From contig JANRLW010000069.1 of NCBI GenBank assembly GCA_033762295.1, positions 64,001-128,000 on the forward strand: DNA of 64,000 bases, in the 5' to 3' direction. The position numbers were made by a program, and so were the translations under genes. The stretch comes from Capsulimonadales bacterium (GTDB taxonomy: Bacteria; Armatimonadota; Armatimonadia; Armatimonadales; Armatimonadaceae). Under the pieces are notes generated by a model, which made no database searches, was not told where the DNA came from, and saw only the letters and a list, made by a program, of their open reading frames with translations. Below are positions 1-9,559 of the stretch, piece after piece; positions within the stretch are counted from its first letter, which is position 1, and each line of letters begins with the position of its first letter.

Positions 1-15
1 TACAATGAGGACACG

Positions 16-822
16 ATGGCTCGACAGCTCACCATTATTACTCCGGAGAACATTCCCCTCGCACTGGAACCGGCAGGACTCGCGACCCGCTTCGGCGCGC
101 TGTTGATCGACCTTTTTCTTCAGGGATGCGCTCTGGCGGCGGTCATCATTCTCTGGCTGGCGCTCTCCGCCGCGGGCCTCTCCCTCAAAGCGGTGACGGG
201 CGGGCAGGATGAAGCGGCCAATAACCTGCTGTCGGCGATCGCGATTCTCGTCGGGTCTCTGGTGCTGTCCGGATATTTCATCGTTTTCGAACACCTCTGG
301 AACGGGCAAACGCCGGGGAAACGGGCGTTCAACCTGCGGGTGGTGCGGGATAACGGTGCGCCGGTCGATTTCGGAGCCGTCGCCGCACGGAACTTCGTCC
401 GGATCGCCGACATGCTGCCGATCTCCTATGCTGTGGGCGCACTGACCATCTTCTTCCATCCGACCTACAAACGCCTTGGAGATGTGGTCGCCGGAACCGT
501 CGTCATCAAGGAGCGGGCCGGAACCAACCTGCCGACGTTCCACTGGGGACAGGTGAAGGAAAACGCTCCGGATACCGGCCCGTTGCCGCCCGGCGCGCTG
601 AACCCTCAGGACGTTCTGAGCCGGCAGGAACTGACGCTTCTACGCCAGTTTGCGGCCCGACGATGGCAGATGACGTCCGATGACTCCGAACGGCTGGCCT
701 ACCGATTGATGGCTCCGCTCGTTTCCCGTCTGAACATCACCTTTACGCCGGGGACCGCGCCGCGATATGCGGACCTGATCTCGACCCTCGTTGCCACGGC
801 GGACCGAACGGAACCGGAATAG
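16..822 (+). CDS. RDD family membrane protein
   Basis: N-terminal TPENIPL..AGLATRFGALLID, TM helices, GQTPGKR, RNFVRIAD and KRLGDVVAGT motifs; SD GAGGA upstream. Confidence 0.85.
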   Translation: MARQLTIITPENIPLALEPAGLATRFGALLIDLFLQGCALAAVIILWLALSAAGLSLKAVTGGQDEAANNLLSAIAILVGSLVLSGYFIVFEHLWNGQTPGKRAFNLRVVRDNGAPVDFGAVAARNFVRIADMLPISYAVGALTIFFHPTYKRLGDVVAGTVVIKERAGTNLPTFHWGQVKENAPDTGPLPPGALNPQDVLSRQELTLLRQFAARRWQMTSDDSERLAYRLMAPLVSRLNITFTPGTAPRYADLISTLVATADRTEPE

Positions 823-876
823 AGCGGCGATAAGGAACACCCCGGCAGGCGAAAGTTGTTCGCTCCCTCCGGGGAG

Positions 877-2589
877 CTACCGCAGGCTTTCCAGCAACGC
901 CCGGACCGAGGCCAGGGTCTCCTCGATCGGGATCTCCCGACCGCTGGCGGCGTCCTTACGGGCGCGGATTTCCACCTTGCCCCCGGCCAACCCCTTACCG
1001 ATCACAACCCGAACCGGGATGCCGATCAGGTCCGCATCTTTGAACTTGACCCCGGCACGTTCGTCGCGATCATCGAGCAGAACCTCCAACCCGTCGGCGA
1101 TCAGATCATCGTGAAGTTTCTGCCCGGCGGCCGCAGCGGCCTCGTCCTTGACGTTCGCCACGACAAGGACCACCTGGAACGGCGCAACCGCCGGGTGCCA
1201 GATCATTCCGTCCGCGTCGTGCGACGTCTCGAGGATCGCCGCCAGAAGCCGGGATATCCCGATTCCGTAGGAACCCATCAGGATCGGCCGGATTGTTCCC
1301 TGATCGTCGGTGTAGTTCGCTCCCATCGCGCCGGAGTATTTGGTTCCAAGCTGGAAAATATGTCCGACCTCGATACCTCGCGCTTCCTCCAGAGTTCCCT
1401 GTTCGCAGATGGGACAACGGTCTCCGGCGACGGCGATGCGCAGGTCCGCGTAATCGGACGGGGTAAAGTCTCGCCCGATATTGACATGGACATAGTGGGC
1501 GTCCGCCTGGTTCGCTCCGGTGATGAAGTTTTTCATCGGGCGCACCTCATGGTCGGCGAGGATGCGAAGACCGATCAGTCCGGTCGGACCGGCGAAACCG
1601 ACCGGCGCGCCGGTGATTTTCTCGACCGTTTCCGGACCGGCCATTTCGAGAGTCCCCGCGTTGAGGAAGCGCCGCAGTTTGATCTCGTTCACTTCCCGAT
1701 CGCCGCGAACCAGAACCGCGACCGGGTCGCCGTCCGCCAGAAAAAGCAGGGTTTTGACCAGATTATCCGCCGTCGTCGCGAGCATACCGGTGACTTCCTC
1801 GATCGTCCGCGCTCCGGGGGTAGCGACGATTTCGAGCGGTTTCACGCCGTTGGTGGCTTCCGCAGGCGGATCCGGCGGAAAGACCGGGCATTTTTCGGCA
1901 TTGGCGGCGTAACCGCAGTGGGGGCAGCGCAAAACGGTGTCCTCGCCGGCCTCGGCCAGGACCATAAATTCATGGTTTTCCAGATCACCGATCGCCCCGC
2001 CATCCGCCTCGACCGTTAACACCTTCAGTCCCAGTCGGAGAAAGATTCGGTCGTAGGCGTCGCGAATCATCCGGTAGGATTCGCCCATCCCGGTTTCATC
2101 GCGGTCGAACGAGTAGGCGTCGTACATGATGAACTCGCGGGTTCGAATGACCCCGCCGCGCGGACGCGGCTCGTCACGAAATTTGGTCTGCACCTGAAAC
2201 AGCCGTCGGGGAAGGTCGCGCCAGGAACGCATATCGCGTCGCGCGATATCGGCCATGATTTCCTCATGGGTGAAGCCCAGGGCAAGGTCCGCGTCACGCC
2301 GGTCTTTCAGTTTGTAGACGACGTCGACGTTCCAGCGGCCGGACTCCTCCAGCATCTCCCTCGGATGCAGGGTCGGCATCCGCATTTCGAGGCAGTCGAT
2401 CGCCTCCATCTCCGAGCGGATGATCTGTTCGACCTTTCGAAGGACGCGCCAGCCGAGAGGAAGATACGAGTAGACTCCCGCACTGAGTTTGCGGATAAAT
2501 CCGGCGCGCAGCAGCAGTTGATGGGAAGCGATTTCAGCCTCGGCGGGAACATCGCGCAGCGTCGGTATGAAATAACGGGAAACTTTCAA
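877..2589 (-). CDS. proS: Proline--tRNA ligase with editing (INS) domain
   Basis: SHQLLLRAGFIR, KFRDEPRPRGG, GIEVGHIFQLGTKYS, MGSYGIG, GVKFKDADLIG; TTG start. Confidence 0.97.
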   Translation of the reverse strand: MKVSRYFIPTLRDVPAEAEIASHQLLLRAGFIRKLSAGVYSYLPLGWRVLRKVEQIIRSEMEAIDCLEMRMPTLHPREMLEESGRWNVDVVYKLKDRRDADLALGFTHEEIMADIARRDMRSWRDLPRRLFQVQTKFRDEPRPRGGVIRTREFIMYDAYSFDRDETGMGESYRMIRDAYDRIFLRLGLKVLTVEADGGAIGDLENHEFMVLAEAGEDTVLRCPHCGYAANAEKCPVFPPDPPAEATNGVKPLEIVATPGARTIEEVTGMLATTADNLVKTLLFLADGDPVAVLVRGDREVNEIKLRRFLNAGTLEMAGPETVEKITGAPVGFAGPTGLIGLRILADHEVRPMKNFITGANQADAHYVHVNIGRDFTPSDYADLRIAVAGDRCPICEQGTLEEARGIEVGHIFQLGTKYSGAMGANYTDDQGTIRPILMGSYGIGISRLLAAILETSHDADGMIWHPAVAPFQVVLVVANVKDEAAAAAGQKLHDDLIADGLEVLLDDRDERAGVKFKDADLIGIPVRVVIGKGLAGGKVEIRARKDAASGREIPIEETLASVRALLESLR

Positions 2590-2731
2590 CGAATCAAGAC
2601 TCCTGCACGCTGCATCCTCCCAGTAGGAGAACCGGCGGCTCCGCTCGCGGTCTCGAACACGAATCGACGGCGTCGCGCTGCGCTGCGAAACGCCACTACA
2701 CGAGCGGTTTCATGACGGTAAATTCCCTGAC

Positions 2732-2761
2732 ATTATAGCCGTCCCTTTGCAACCGGCGCAA
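2732..2761 (-). promoter_or_regulatory. Putative sigma70 promoter of proS
   Basis: Minus strand TTGCGC (2761-2756), 18 nt, TATAAT (2737-2732). Confidence 0.5.
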
Positions 2762-2814
2762 GACAAAAAGGAGAAACCGGCCCTGAGCGAGAAGGCATAC
2801 GTGACGAACGCGGT

Positions 2815-3993
2815 TTAAAGTCCGCTTTCCTGTGATCGAACACAGACCGCATCCAGTCGATCCCGGTGTATGGTGACGCCCCAACCCGGTCCCGGAGGAA
2901 CCGACGCCAGCCCGTGATCGAGCGTTACCCCGTCCGCAAAGGTCTGTGCCGTCAGCGGGTCCAGGGTAACCGGCCAACCCATCATACCGACCGTCGGCTC
3001 CAGGCGTCCCGGAACCCGGAATTCCGACGTGACGAAGTGCAGCGCCGCCGCGAGATGAAGCATCGTGCCGCTGGCGGCCGGAATCGTGTTGATGCCGAAA
3101 CTCTGGGCCAGATTCCGAATGCGCAGGGCTTCCGTCGGTCCCCCGCAGAAGGCCAGATTCAACTGGAGGCAGGCGACCCCGCCGCTTTGCAGGAGGTGTT
3201 GATAACCCCAGCGCGTCTGCTCCCATTTGCCGACGTACAGCGGAATCGGCACCCGATCCGCCAGAATGCGATTCTGATCGGGAAACTCGGGCGAGAGCGG
3301 GTCCACCTGAAAGGCGAACTTCGCATCCGCCAGGGCGTTGCCGACCTGGATCGCCTCGGCGAGATCATACGCATGACCGGCATCGGCCATCAACGTCGCG
3401 TTCGGAAAATTTTCCCGCAGTCGCCGGATCAGAGCCAGATCGAAGGAGAGGTTTCGACCGATCTGGGCCTTGACGCCGCGAAATCCCTGTTCGAAATACC
3501 CCTGAGCCTCGTCGATCAACTGGGGGATCAGTTCGGTCTCCGGACGATCGCGGAAGAAAAGGCCGACCGCATAGAATGGTACCCGCTCGAACGCCCGCCC
3601 GCCCATCATTTCGCTGCACGGGCGTTTCAAAACCTTTCCCTTGACGTCCCAGAGGGCCATATCGATCCCGGAAAGGGCGGCGACCATGAGACCGCGCCGT
3701 CCCCATCGGAACCCTTCCGTCCGCAGCGTATGCCAGAGACGGTCCGTCTGCAATGCGTCCCGCCCGAGCAGGAAGTCGGAATAGAACGAATGGACGATCG
3801 GAGCGAGCAGAACGGGCGGTCCGGCGCACTCCCCCCAGCCGGTAACGCCGTTCTCCGCCTCGATTTCCACGAGCAGGGTTTCGCGGGTCCGATAACGCAA
3901 CTGGGAGGAGGTCAGGGATTCCTTCAGTGGCAATGTGATGGCATGGGTACGAATACGGATGATCTTAGGCCCGTGGGCCGCGCCACGCCGCAT
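2815..3993 (-). CDS. Mandelate racemase/muconate lactonizing enzyme family protein with degenerate active site
   Basis: Capping-domain motifs GVTGWGE and ALSGIDMALWDVKGK intact; barrel metal and catalytic residues substituted (see findings). Confidence 0.85.
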   Translation of the reverse strand: MRRGAAHGPKIIRIRTHAITLPLKESLTSSQLRYRTRETLLVEIEAENGVTGWGECAGPPVLLAPIVHSFYSDFLLGRDALQTDRLWHTLRTEGFRWGRRGLMVAALSGIDMALWDVKGKVLKRPCSEMMGGRAFERVPFYAVGLFFRDRPETELIPQLIDEAQGYFEQGFRGVKAQIGRNLSFDLALIRRLRENFPNATLMADAGHAYDLAEAIQVGNALADAKFAFQVDPLSPEFPDQNRILADRVPIPLYVGKWEQTRWGYQHLLQSGGVACLQLNLAFCGGPTEALRIRNLAQSFGINTIPAASGTMLHLAAALHFVTSEFRVPGRLEPTVGMMGWPVTLDPLTAQTFADGVTLDHGLASVPPGPGWGVTIHRDRLDAVCVRSQESGL

Positions 3994-3996
3994 CCG

Positions 3997-4650
3997 TCAC
4001 TTGCCCTGGCCGCGAGCCTGCGCCACCGCCGTCACAAAGGCGCGCGCCACCTCGGTGAGTTTCCCCCAGTCGGAGGTTTTCAGAACTTCCTTGCTGACCA
4101 GACTGCCTCCGGCCGCAACGGCCGCGCACCCGGCGCGAATGAAATCTCCGGCGGTATGGACGTCGACACCGCCCGTCGGGATGATCTCAAGCTGCGGGAG
4201 CGGCGCCTTGATCGCCTTGATATAGTTCGGCCCCAAACCGTCCGCCGGGAAGATTTTGATGAAATCGGCACCGTTCTCGTGGGCGCTCAGCGCTTCTGTC
4301 GGGGTGTACGCGCCGCAGACGATCGGTCGACTGTACCGGTTGCAAAGATGAATGATGTCCGGTTTCATGACCGGCGTGACGACATACTGCGCGCCGGAAA
4401 GCAGAGCCATCCGGGCGGTTTCGGCATCGAGCACCGTACCGACCCCGATACAGACCCGACTGCCCATCCGCTCCGCTACCTGCTCGATCACTTTCAAAGC
4501 GTTCGGTGTGGTCATCGTCACCTCCATACAGGTGACCCCGCCCGCCTCGAGGGCCGCCGCAACGTCCAGCAACTGAGCGGAACTGTCCGCCCGAAGGACG
4601 GCGATGACGCCCGGATGCAGCATGCGTTCAAGAATTTGGGTTTTATTCAT
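3997..4650 (-). CDS. eda: KDPG/KHG aldolase
   Basis: IAVLRA, EVTMTTP, GVGTVLD, TPTEA, KIFPA, IPTGGV; start trimmed to ATG at 4650 (MNKTQ). Confidence 0.9.
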   Translation of the reverse strand: MNKTQILERMLHPGVIAVLRADSSAQLLDVAAALEAGGVTCMEVTMTTPNALKVIEQVAERMGSRVCIGVGTVLDAETARMALLSGAQYVVTPVMKPDIIHLCNRYSRPIVCGAYTPTEALSAHENGADFIKIFPADGLGPNYIKAIKAPLPQLEIIPTGGVDVHTAGDFIRAGCAAVAAGGSLVSKEVLKTSDWGKLTEVARAFVTAVAQARGQGK

Positions 4651-4666
4651 GATGTTTACCGCGTTT

Positions 4667-5698
4667 TCACCGCTGGACGCGACCGGAACCATCACCCTTC
4701 AGCAGGTTCTCGACCTCTGCCAGCTTCACAAAATTGAAGTCGCCGACGACGGTATGCTTCAGGCAGGAAGCCGCCGCCGCGAATTCGATCGCTTCCGCCG
4801 GACCGCGCCCGTTCAACCGGGCAAACAGCAGTCCCGCCGCGAAGGAATCGCCGCCGCCGACCCGATCCACGATATCGATCTCGTACCGGCGGGAGAAATA
4901 AGGCGTACCGTCCGCATAGAGCATTCCGGACCAGCCGTTCCGGGAGGCGTTGATGCTCTCGCGCAACGTGATCGCGACCTCCTTCAGGCCGAATCGATCG
5001 GTCATCTGCGCGGCGACGTCCCGGTACCGCTCATGGTCGAGGGTGCCCCCGGTCAGGTCCGACCCTTCCGCCGAGATGCCGAAGACCGATTCGCAGTCTT
5101 CCTCGTTGGCGATGCAGAGATCGACGAACGGAAGCAGTTCCCCCATGACCGCCCCGGCCTTTTCCCGCGACCAGAGTTTTTTGCGGTAGTTCAGGTCGCA
5201 GGAGACGAAGATACCCCGGTTGCGCGCGGCTTCTGCGCCCATACGCGCGGCGCGGGCGGCGTTGTCCGAAAGAGCGGGGGTGATACCGGTGAAATGGAAC
5301 GCGGTCGCGCCTTCCAGAAGCCGGTCCCAGTTCAGGTCGTCCGGGTTGATCTCGGCAATCGCGGAGTGCGCCCGATCATAAAGAACCGTGGAGGCTCGCT
5401 GCGACGCCCCCTTCTCGACGAAGTAGACGCCGATCCGGTCACCCCCGCGAAGAATCGAGCGCGTATCGACACCCAGTCCGCGAACCTGCGCGATGAAGGC
5501 GTCGGCGATATCGTTTTTCGGGAGACGGGTGATAAAAGCGGCCTCCATGCCGAGCAAGGCCAGAGAGACCGCCACATTGGCTTCCGCGCCGCCGAAGGTC
5601 ATCTCCAGGGTCGTCGTCTGCAGCAGGCGAAGGTAACCGGGAGGCGAAAGACGGAGCATGACCTCTCCGAACGTAACCACGCGATTGTTCGTGCTCAT
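4667..5698 (-). CDS. kdgK: 2-dehydro-3-deoxygluconokinase (PfkB family)
   Basis: VVTFGEVMLRLSPP, GGAEANVA, DLNYRKKLW, ANEED, DRVGGGDSFAAG; directly upstream of eda. Confidence 0.9.
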   Translation of the reverse strand: MSTNNRVVTFGEVMLRLSPPGYLRLLQTTTLEMTFGGAEANVAVSLALLGMEAAFITRLPKNDIADAFIAQVRGLGVDTRSILRGGDRIGVYFVEKGASQRASTVLYDRAHSAIAEINPDDLNWDRLLEGATAFHFTGITPALSDNAARAARMGAEAARNRGIFVSCDLNYRKKLWSREKAGAVMGELLPFVDLCIANEEDCESVFGISAEGSDLTGGTLDHERYRDVAAQMTDRFGLKEVAITLRESINASRNGWSGMLYADGTPYFSRRYEIDIVDRVGGGDSFAAGLLFARLNGRGPAEAIEFAAAASCLKHTVVGDFNFVKLAEVENLLKGDGSGRVQR

Positions 5699-5800
5699 GT
5701 GGCCCGATTCGACAGTCCGAACGGGGATTCCTGCCGGAACCGAAGGGTCTTACGCGCAAAATACATTGCATCTTTCCGGAGGATTTCCTAAAATGGAAAT

Positions 5801-6130
5801 ATGGTACTGGGCATTATGGCGGTGCTGGTGATGGGACTGGTCGTTGCCATGGGGGCGGTGCTGATGGAACTGCTGTTCCGCGACGCGCCGCGTCGGGGGA
5901 AACGCCCGGACGTGCCGGATGACTCCCCGAACTCTCGAACCGTGTTACGCGTCACCACGACGGATGGTGAAAGTTTTGTCGGGCCGCCGCTGGAGGTGGT
6001 CCGGGAACTGATCGCCGAAGGGTATGCGCCCGCTACCGGATTCCTGACCCCCTGGCGCGCCGAACACCTCCTGCCGGAATGGGAGCGGCAGGGAATCGTT
6101 CGCATTCGCGGCGAGTGGCAGGAAGTTTAG
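5801..6130 (+). CDS. Small hypothetical protein with N-terminal TM helix
   Basis: Hydrophobic N-terminus; start uncertain because the best SD points to an out-of-frame ATG at 5793. Confidence 0.55.
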   Translation: MVLGIMAVLVMGLVVAMGAVLMELLFRDAPRRGKRPDVPDDSPNSRTVLRVTTTDGESFVGPPLEVVRELIAEGYAPATGFLTPWRAEHLLPEWERQGIVRIRGEWQEV

Positions 6131-6281
6131 CGGACTTTAACCTCGGGTCCGGTGAACAATTCGGGCGCTTCGGAAGACCAATAGATAAGAGAGGTCGAGG
6201 CGGAAAAGAGGAACGCCTCGCCATTCACTGTCTGTTCGGTCACAGTGAATTTCCGAAACGAACCCTTTGAGGAGCCTGCAC

Positions 6282-7085
6282 ATGGGAACGGTGTTCGTCA
6301 TTCTGATTGCCGTGCTCGCCGCCGCGTTCGGCGTACTGCCGCTTTTCCACTATTTCGGACGGACCGTCAAACCGCACACCACGTTGATTCCGTTAGAGCC
6401 GGCATGCCTGCCGACCGTGCAGCAACAGCAGTTGCAAAGTGCGATCGAGAGCCTGAAAAAGGACGGATTCCTGCCGGAAGCGTTTCTGCGCCTGGTGGAG
6501 GAACGAGCCAAAAACATCGTCGATTTCGTCGTTCTTGCCAATCGTGTGGAAAGAACGATGGCGTTGATTACGCTGACGACGGCCGCGCCCGCCGCCGGGA
6601 AACTTCCGACGCCCGGAGACCTGGAGGTGACCTTTCGCACCAGTTTCACGGAGGGCGCGGTGGTGGAAACCAACAACGGACGGCACCTGGGATTCGTCCC
6701 GGCGTTGCCGAACGAGTTTCGAAATTACCTGCCGTCGGTGCGCGATACCCATCGCCTCCATCAACTGCACTGCTTCGCGATCGAGGAGCAGAACCTGCAC
6801 ATCAAGCAGGGAAAAAGCTTTTTCGCCGAAGGAACGGCGGCCGCGCATCTGTCGGGCATTCTGGACGAATATCGGACCGGTCTGATCGACAACGGTTACC
6901 TGCGCCATGACGTTCGAGAGCTGACACATACCATTCGCCCGACGCTGAAAGGCGCGTACCTGACCGCCTGGAGCGGGATGTTCCCGGTCAACCTGGTTCG
7001 CTGGATCATACGAACGATCCGTGAACGGGAGTTTTTGAGCGGGTTCCTGCGCAGTCCCTGGGGGGTGGCGTTAGGCCGCCTCTGA
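6282..7085 (+). CDS. Hypothetical membrane-anchored protein
   Basis: SD GAGGAG at 6269-6274, ATG 6282, N-terminal TM; 3' end overlaps convergent rpiA by 15 nt. Confidence 0.7.
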   Translation: MGTVFVILIAVLAAAFGVLPLFHYFGRTVKPHTTLIPLEPACLPTVQQQQLQSAIESLKKDGFLPEAFLRLVEERAKNIVDFVVLANRVERTMALITLTTAAPAAGKLPTPGDLEVTFRTSFTEGAVVETNNGRHLGFVPALPNEFRNYLPSVRDTHRLHQLHCFAIEEQNLHIKQGKSFFAEGTAAAHLSGILDEYRTGLIDNGYLRHDVRELTHTIRPTLKGAYLTAWSGMFPVNLVRWIIRTIREREFLSGFLRSPWGVALGRL

Positions 7086-7766
7086 CCGGCTCAGAACCCG
7101 GATTGACCCGTCCTCCGCGCCAAGGATCGCTTCCCCGGCCAGATCGAGAAACAAACCGCAATCGACGACACCCACCGTGGTCCGCAGTTGCCGGTAGGTT
7201 TCTTCCGGGTCGGCGATCCTTCCGAAGCGGAGATCGAGAATCCGCAGGCCGTCGTCCGAAACGAACGGCGTCTCCGAACCGCCGCGCACGCTCACCGGAA
7301 CGCCGAACGTGTCTTCGATTCGTCGCGCCGTCCGCTCCCAGCCGAACGGGAGTACCGCTACGGGCAGGGGGAACGCCCCCAGGTACGGCACGAGTTTCGA
7401 ATCATCGGCGATGACGATAAAGCGTTTTGCCGCCGCGACGACGATCTTTTCGCGCACCAGCGCCCCGCCGCCACCCTTGATCGCCTGAAGCGTGAGAGTG
7501 ATTTCGTCCGCACCGTCCACCGCCAGGTCGAGGACCGTCTCTCGGGTCGGCGCGATCAGGGGAATACCCAGGGACAGAGCGTTCTCCTCGGAGCGCCGGG
7601 AGGGGGCGACGCCCCGAAGATGCAGCCCCTGCTCCCGGATTCGCTCGGCGAGAGCGGCCTGAAAATGGTTCGCCGTTGATCCCGAGCCGATCCCGAGAAG
7701 CATACCGTCCTGCACCAGGGCCGCCGCCGCCCGTGCCGCCGCCCGCTTTGCCACGTCGCTGTTCAT
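7071..7766 (-). CDS. rpiA: Ribose-5-phosphate isomerase A
   Basis: GIGSGST, DGADEI, IKGGGGALVREK, GVVDCGLF. Confidence 0.95.
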   Translation of the reverse strand: MNSDVAKRAAARAAAALVQDGMLLGIGSGSTANHFQAALAERIREQGLHLRGVAPSRRSEENALSLGIPLIAPTRETVLDLAVDGADEITLTLQAIKGGGGALVREKIVVAAAKRFIVIADDSKLVPYLGAFPLPVAVLPFGWERTARRIEDTFGVPVSVRGGSETPFVSDDGLRILDLRFGRIADPEETYRQLRTTVGVVDCGLFLDLAGEAILGAEDGSIRVLSRSEAA

Positions 7767-7779
7767 GCCGATGGTCTCC

Positions 7780-9369
7780 CTAATGCCGGAAATGCCGAAC
7801 TCCGGTGAAGACGAGGGCGATACCGTACCGATTACAGAGCGCGATCGTCTCGTCGTCCTTGACCGAACCGCCCGGCTGTATCATCGCCGTAACCCCCGCC
7901 TGCGCCGCGACCTCCGGTCCGTCCGGGAAAGGGAAGAACGCGTCGGATGCCAGAACCGCGCCTCGTGCCTGCTCACCCGCCTGTTCGACCGCCAGACGTA
8001 CCGAGCGGACCCGGTTCATCTGGCCCGCGCCGACACCCCGCAGAGCGCCGCCCTTCGTGATGACGATGGCGTTCGATTTCACATGCTTTACAACCTTCCA
8101 CGCGAACAGGAGTTCCGTCAACTCCTCCCCGGTTGGCGGACGGTCGGATTTGACCGTGAGATCGTCGTCGGTCAACGGGCGAAAGTCCCGTGTGGACACC
8201 AGCAGTCCACCGGTCACCTGTTTCAAAAGCAAGCCCTGTCGACCGGGTTCATGAAACGGGGCGACCTCCAGAAGACGGAGGTTCCCGCCCCATTTCTTCC
8301 GGGTCGTCAGGAGTTCCGTCACACCCTCCCCGTAGCCCGGTGCGACAATACATTCGAAGAAACTGTTCGGACCGGTAATCTCCTCGGCGGTCGCGACGTC
8401 GAGCGGACGATTGACCGCCAGAATGCCACCGAACGCGCTGACCGTGTCCGCCGCCCGTGCGGCGACAAATGCCTCGACCAGCGTATCCGCCATCGCGCAC
8501 CCGCAGGGGTTGGCGTGCTTGATAATGGCTGCCGCCGGCTTCTCCGAAAACTCCCGGACCAGTTCCAGCGCGCCGTCGAGGTCGTAAAGGTTGTTGAACG
8601 AAACCTCTTTGCCGGAGTGATCGCGTCGGATCGCATTGCCGATACAGGGTTCGGTCACCCTCGGGTCCCGATAGAAAGCGGCCTGCTGGTGCGGATTCTC
8701 CCCGTAGCGCAGGCTCCCCACACGCGGCAGGGAGAGGCGGAAGGTGAGCGGAAGGGGCGTCTCGTCCGGATCGGCAGCCAACTGCCGTTCCAGATAATCG
8801 GCGATCATCGCATCGTACGCGGCGGTATGTGCGAACGCTTTCGCCGCCAGCCGCTTCCGGGTCGCCAGAGAGAGGCCCCCGCCGGCAATCTCCGCGAGGA
8901 CCATCGCATAGTCGGCGGGATCGGTGACGATGGCGACACCGTAATGGTTTTTGGCGGCCGAACGGACCATGGCCGGACCGCCGATATCGATATTTTCGAT
9001 CGCGTCCTCCGGAGTGACGTCCGGTTTTGCGACCGTCGCCGCGAAGGGATAGAGGTTGACACAGACCAGATCGATCGGCGTAATGCCATGGGTGAGAAGC
9101 GTTTCGCCATGCTCCGGTTTGTCCCGGTCGGCAAGGATGCCGCCGTGAACGTTCGGATGCAGTGTTTTCACCCGCCCGTCCAGAATCTCCGGGAAACCGG
9201 TCACCTCCGAGATACCGATCACCGGGATGCCTGCGGATTTCAGCGAGGCCGCCGTTCCTCCGGTGGAGACGATCTCAATGCCGTGTTCGGTCAGCCCGCG
9301 AGCGAAATCGCTCAGGCCGGACTTATCGGAGACGGAAAGCAGGGCCCGCCGTACGACAATGGTTTCCAT
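7780..9369 (-). CDS. purH: Bifunctional AICAR formyltransferase/IMP cyclohydrolase
   Basis: RRALLSVSDKSG, GRVKTLHP, IDIGGP, LRYGENPHQ, KHANPCG, SDAFFPF, FTGVRHFRH; start set to ATG 9369. Confidence 0.97.
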   Translation of the reverse strand: METIVVRRALLSVSDKSGLSDFARGLTEHGIEIVSTGGTAASLKSAGIPVIGISEVTGFPEILDGRVKTLHPNVHGGILADRDKPEHGETLLTHGITPIDLVCVNLYPFAATVAKPDVTPEDAIENIDIGGPAMVRSAAKNHYGVAIVTDPADYAMVLAEIAGGGLSLATRKRLAAKAFAHTAAYDAMIADYLERQLAADPDETPLPLTFRLSLPRVGSLRYGENPHQQAAFYRDPRVTEPCIGNAIRRDHSGKEVSFNNLYDLDGALELVREFSEKPAAAIIKHANPCGCAMADTLVEAFVAARAADTVSAFGGILAVNRPLDVATAEEITGPNSFFECIVAPGYGEGVTELLTTRKKWGGNLRLLEVAPFHEPGRQGLLLKQVTGGLLVSTRDFRPLTDDDLTVKSDRPPTGEELTELLFAWKVVKHVKSNAIVITKGGALRGVGAGQMNRVRSVRLAVEQAGEQARGAVLASDAFFPFPDGPEVAAQAGVTAMIQPGGSVKDDETIALCNRYGIALVFTGVRHFRH

Positions 9370-9399
9370 AACTTTCGAACCCTTTCGTAACGGAATCGT

Positions 9400-9488
9400 T
9401 GCCCAGGCGAGCGACAAACGAGGAAAAACGGATTTCGGCGACGCTCCCCCGAAGTTCTCTTCGCTGCGCCAGTTGCGTCGCCGAAATC
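9400..9488 (-). ncRNA. ZMP/ZTP (pfl) riboswitch upstream of purH
   Basis: Minus strand: 14-bp stem GATTTCGGCGACGC/GCGTCGCCGAAATC (9488-9475/9444-9431) with GCAACTGGCG and GGGGGAGC, a linker, then TGTCGCTCGCCTGGGCA whose CGCC can pair with GGCG as a pseudoknot; canonical purH context. Confidence 0.88.
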
Positions 9489-9518
9489 AGTATAACGGTG
9501 CGGCCCCTGCCCCGTCAA
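9489..9518 (-). promoter_or_regulatory. Putative sigma70 promoter for the riboswitch-purH transcript
   Basis: Minus strand TTGACG (9518-9513), 18 nt, TATACT (9494-9489), immediately 5' of the aptamer. Confidence 0.7.
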
Positions 9519-9559
9519 GGTCCGGGGAAAGGACCCGGCGGTTCCTCCGCCGGGAGGCT

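Noticed and set aside
2590..2725. Roughly 135-nt proS leader as a T-box or attenuator (tiny uORF MKPLV)
   Set aside because: No T-box consensus or terminator is present, and a single Pro codon is not evidence of attenuation.
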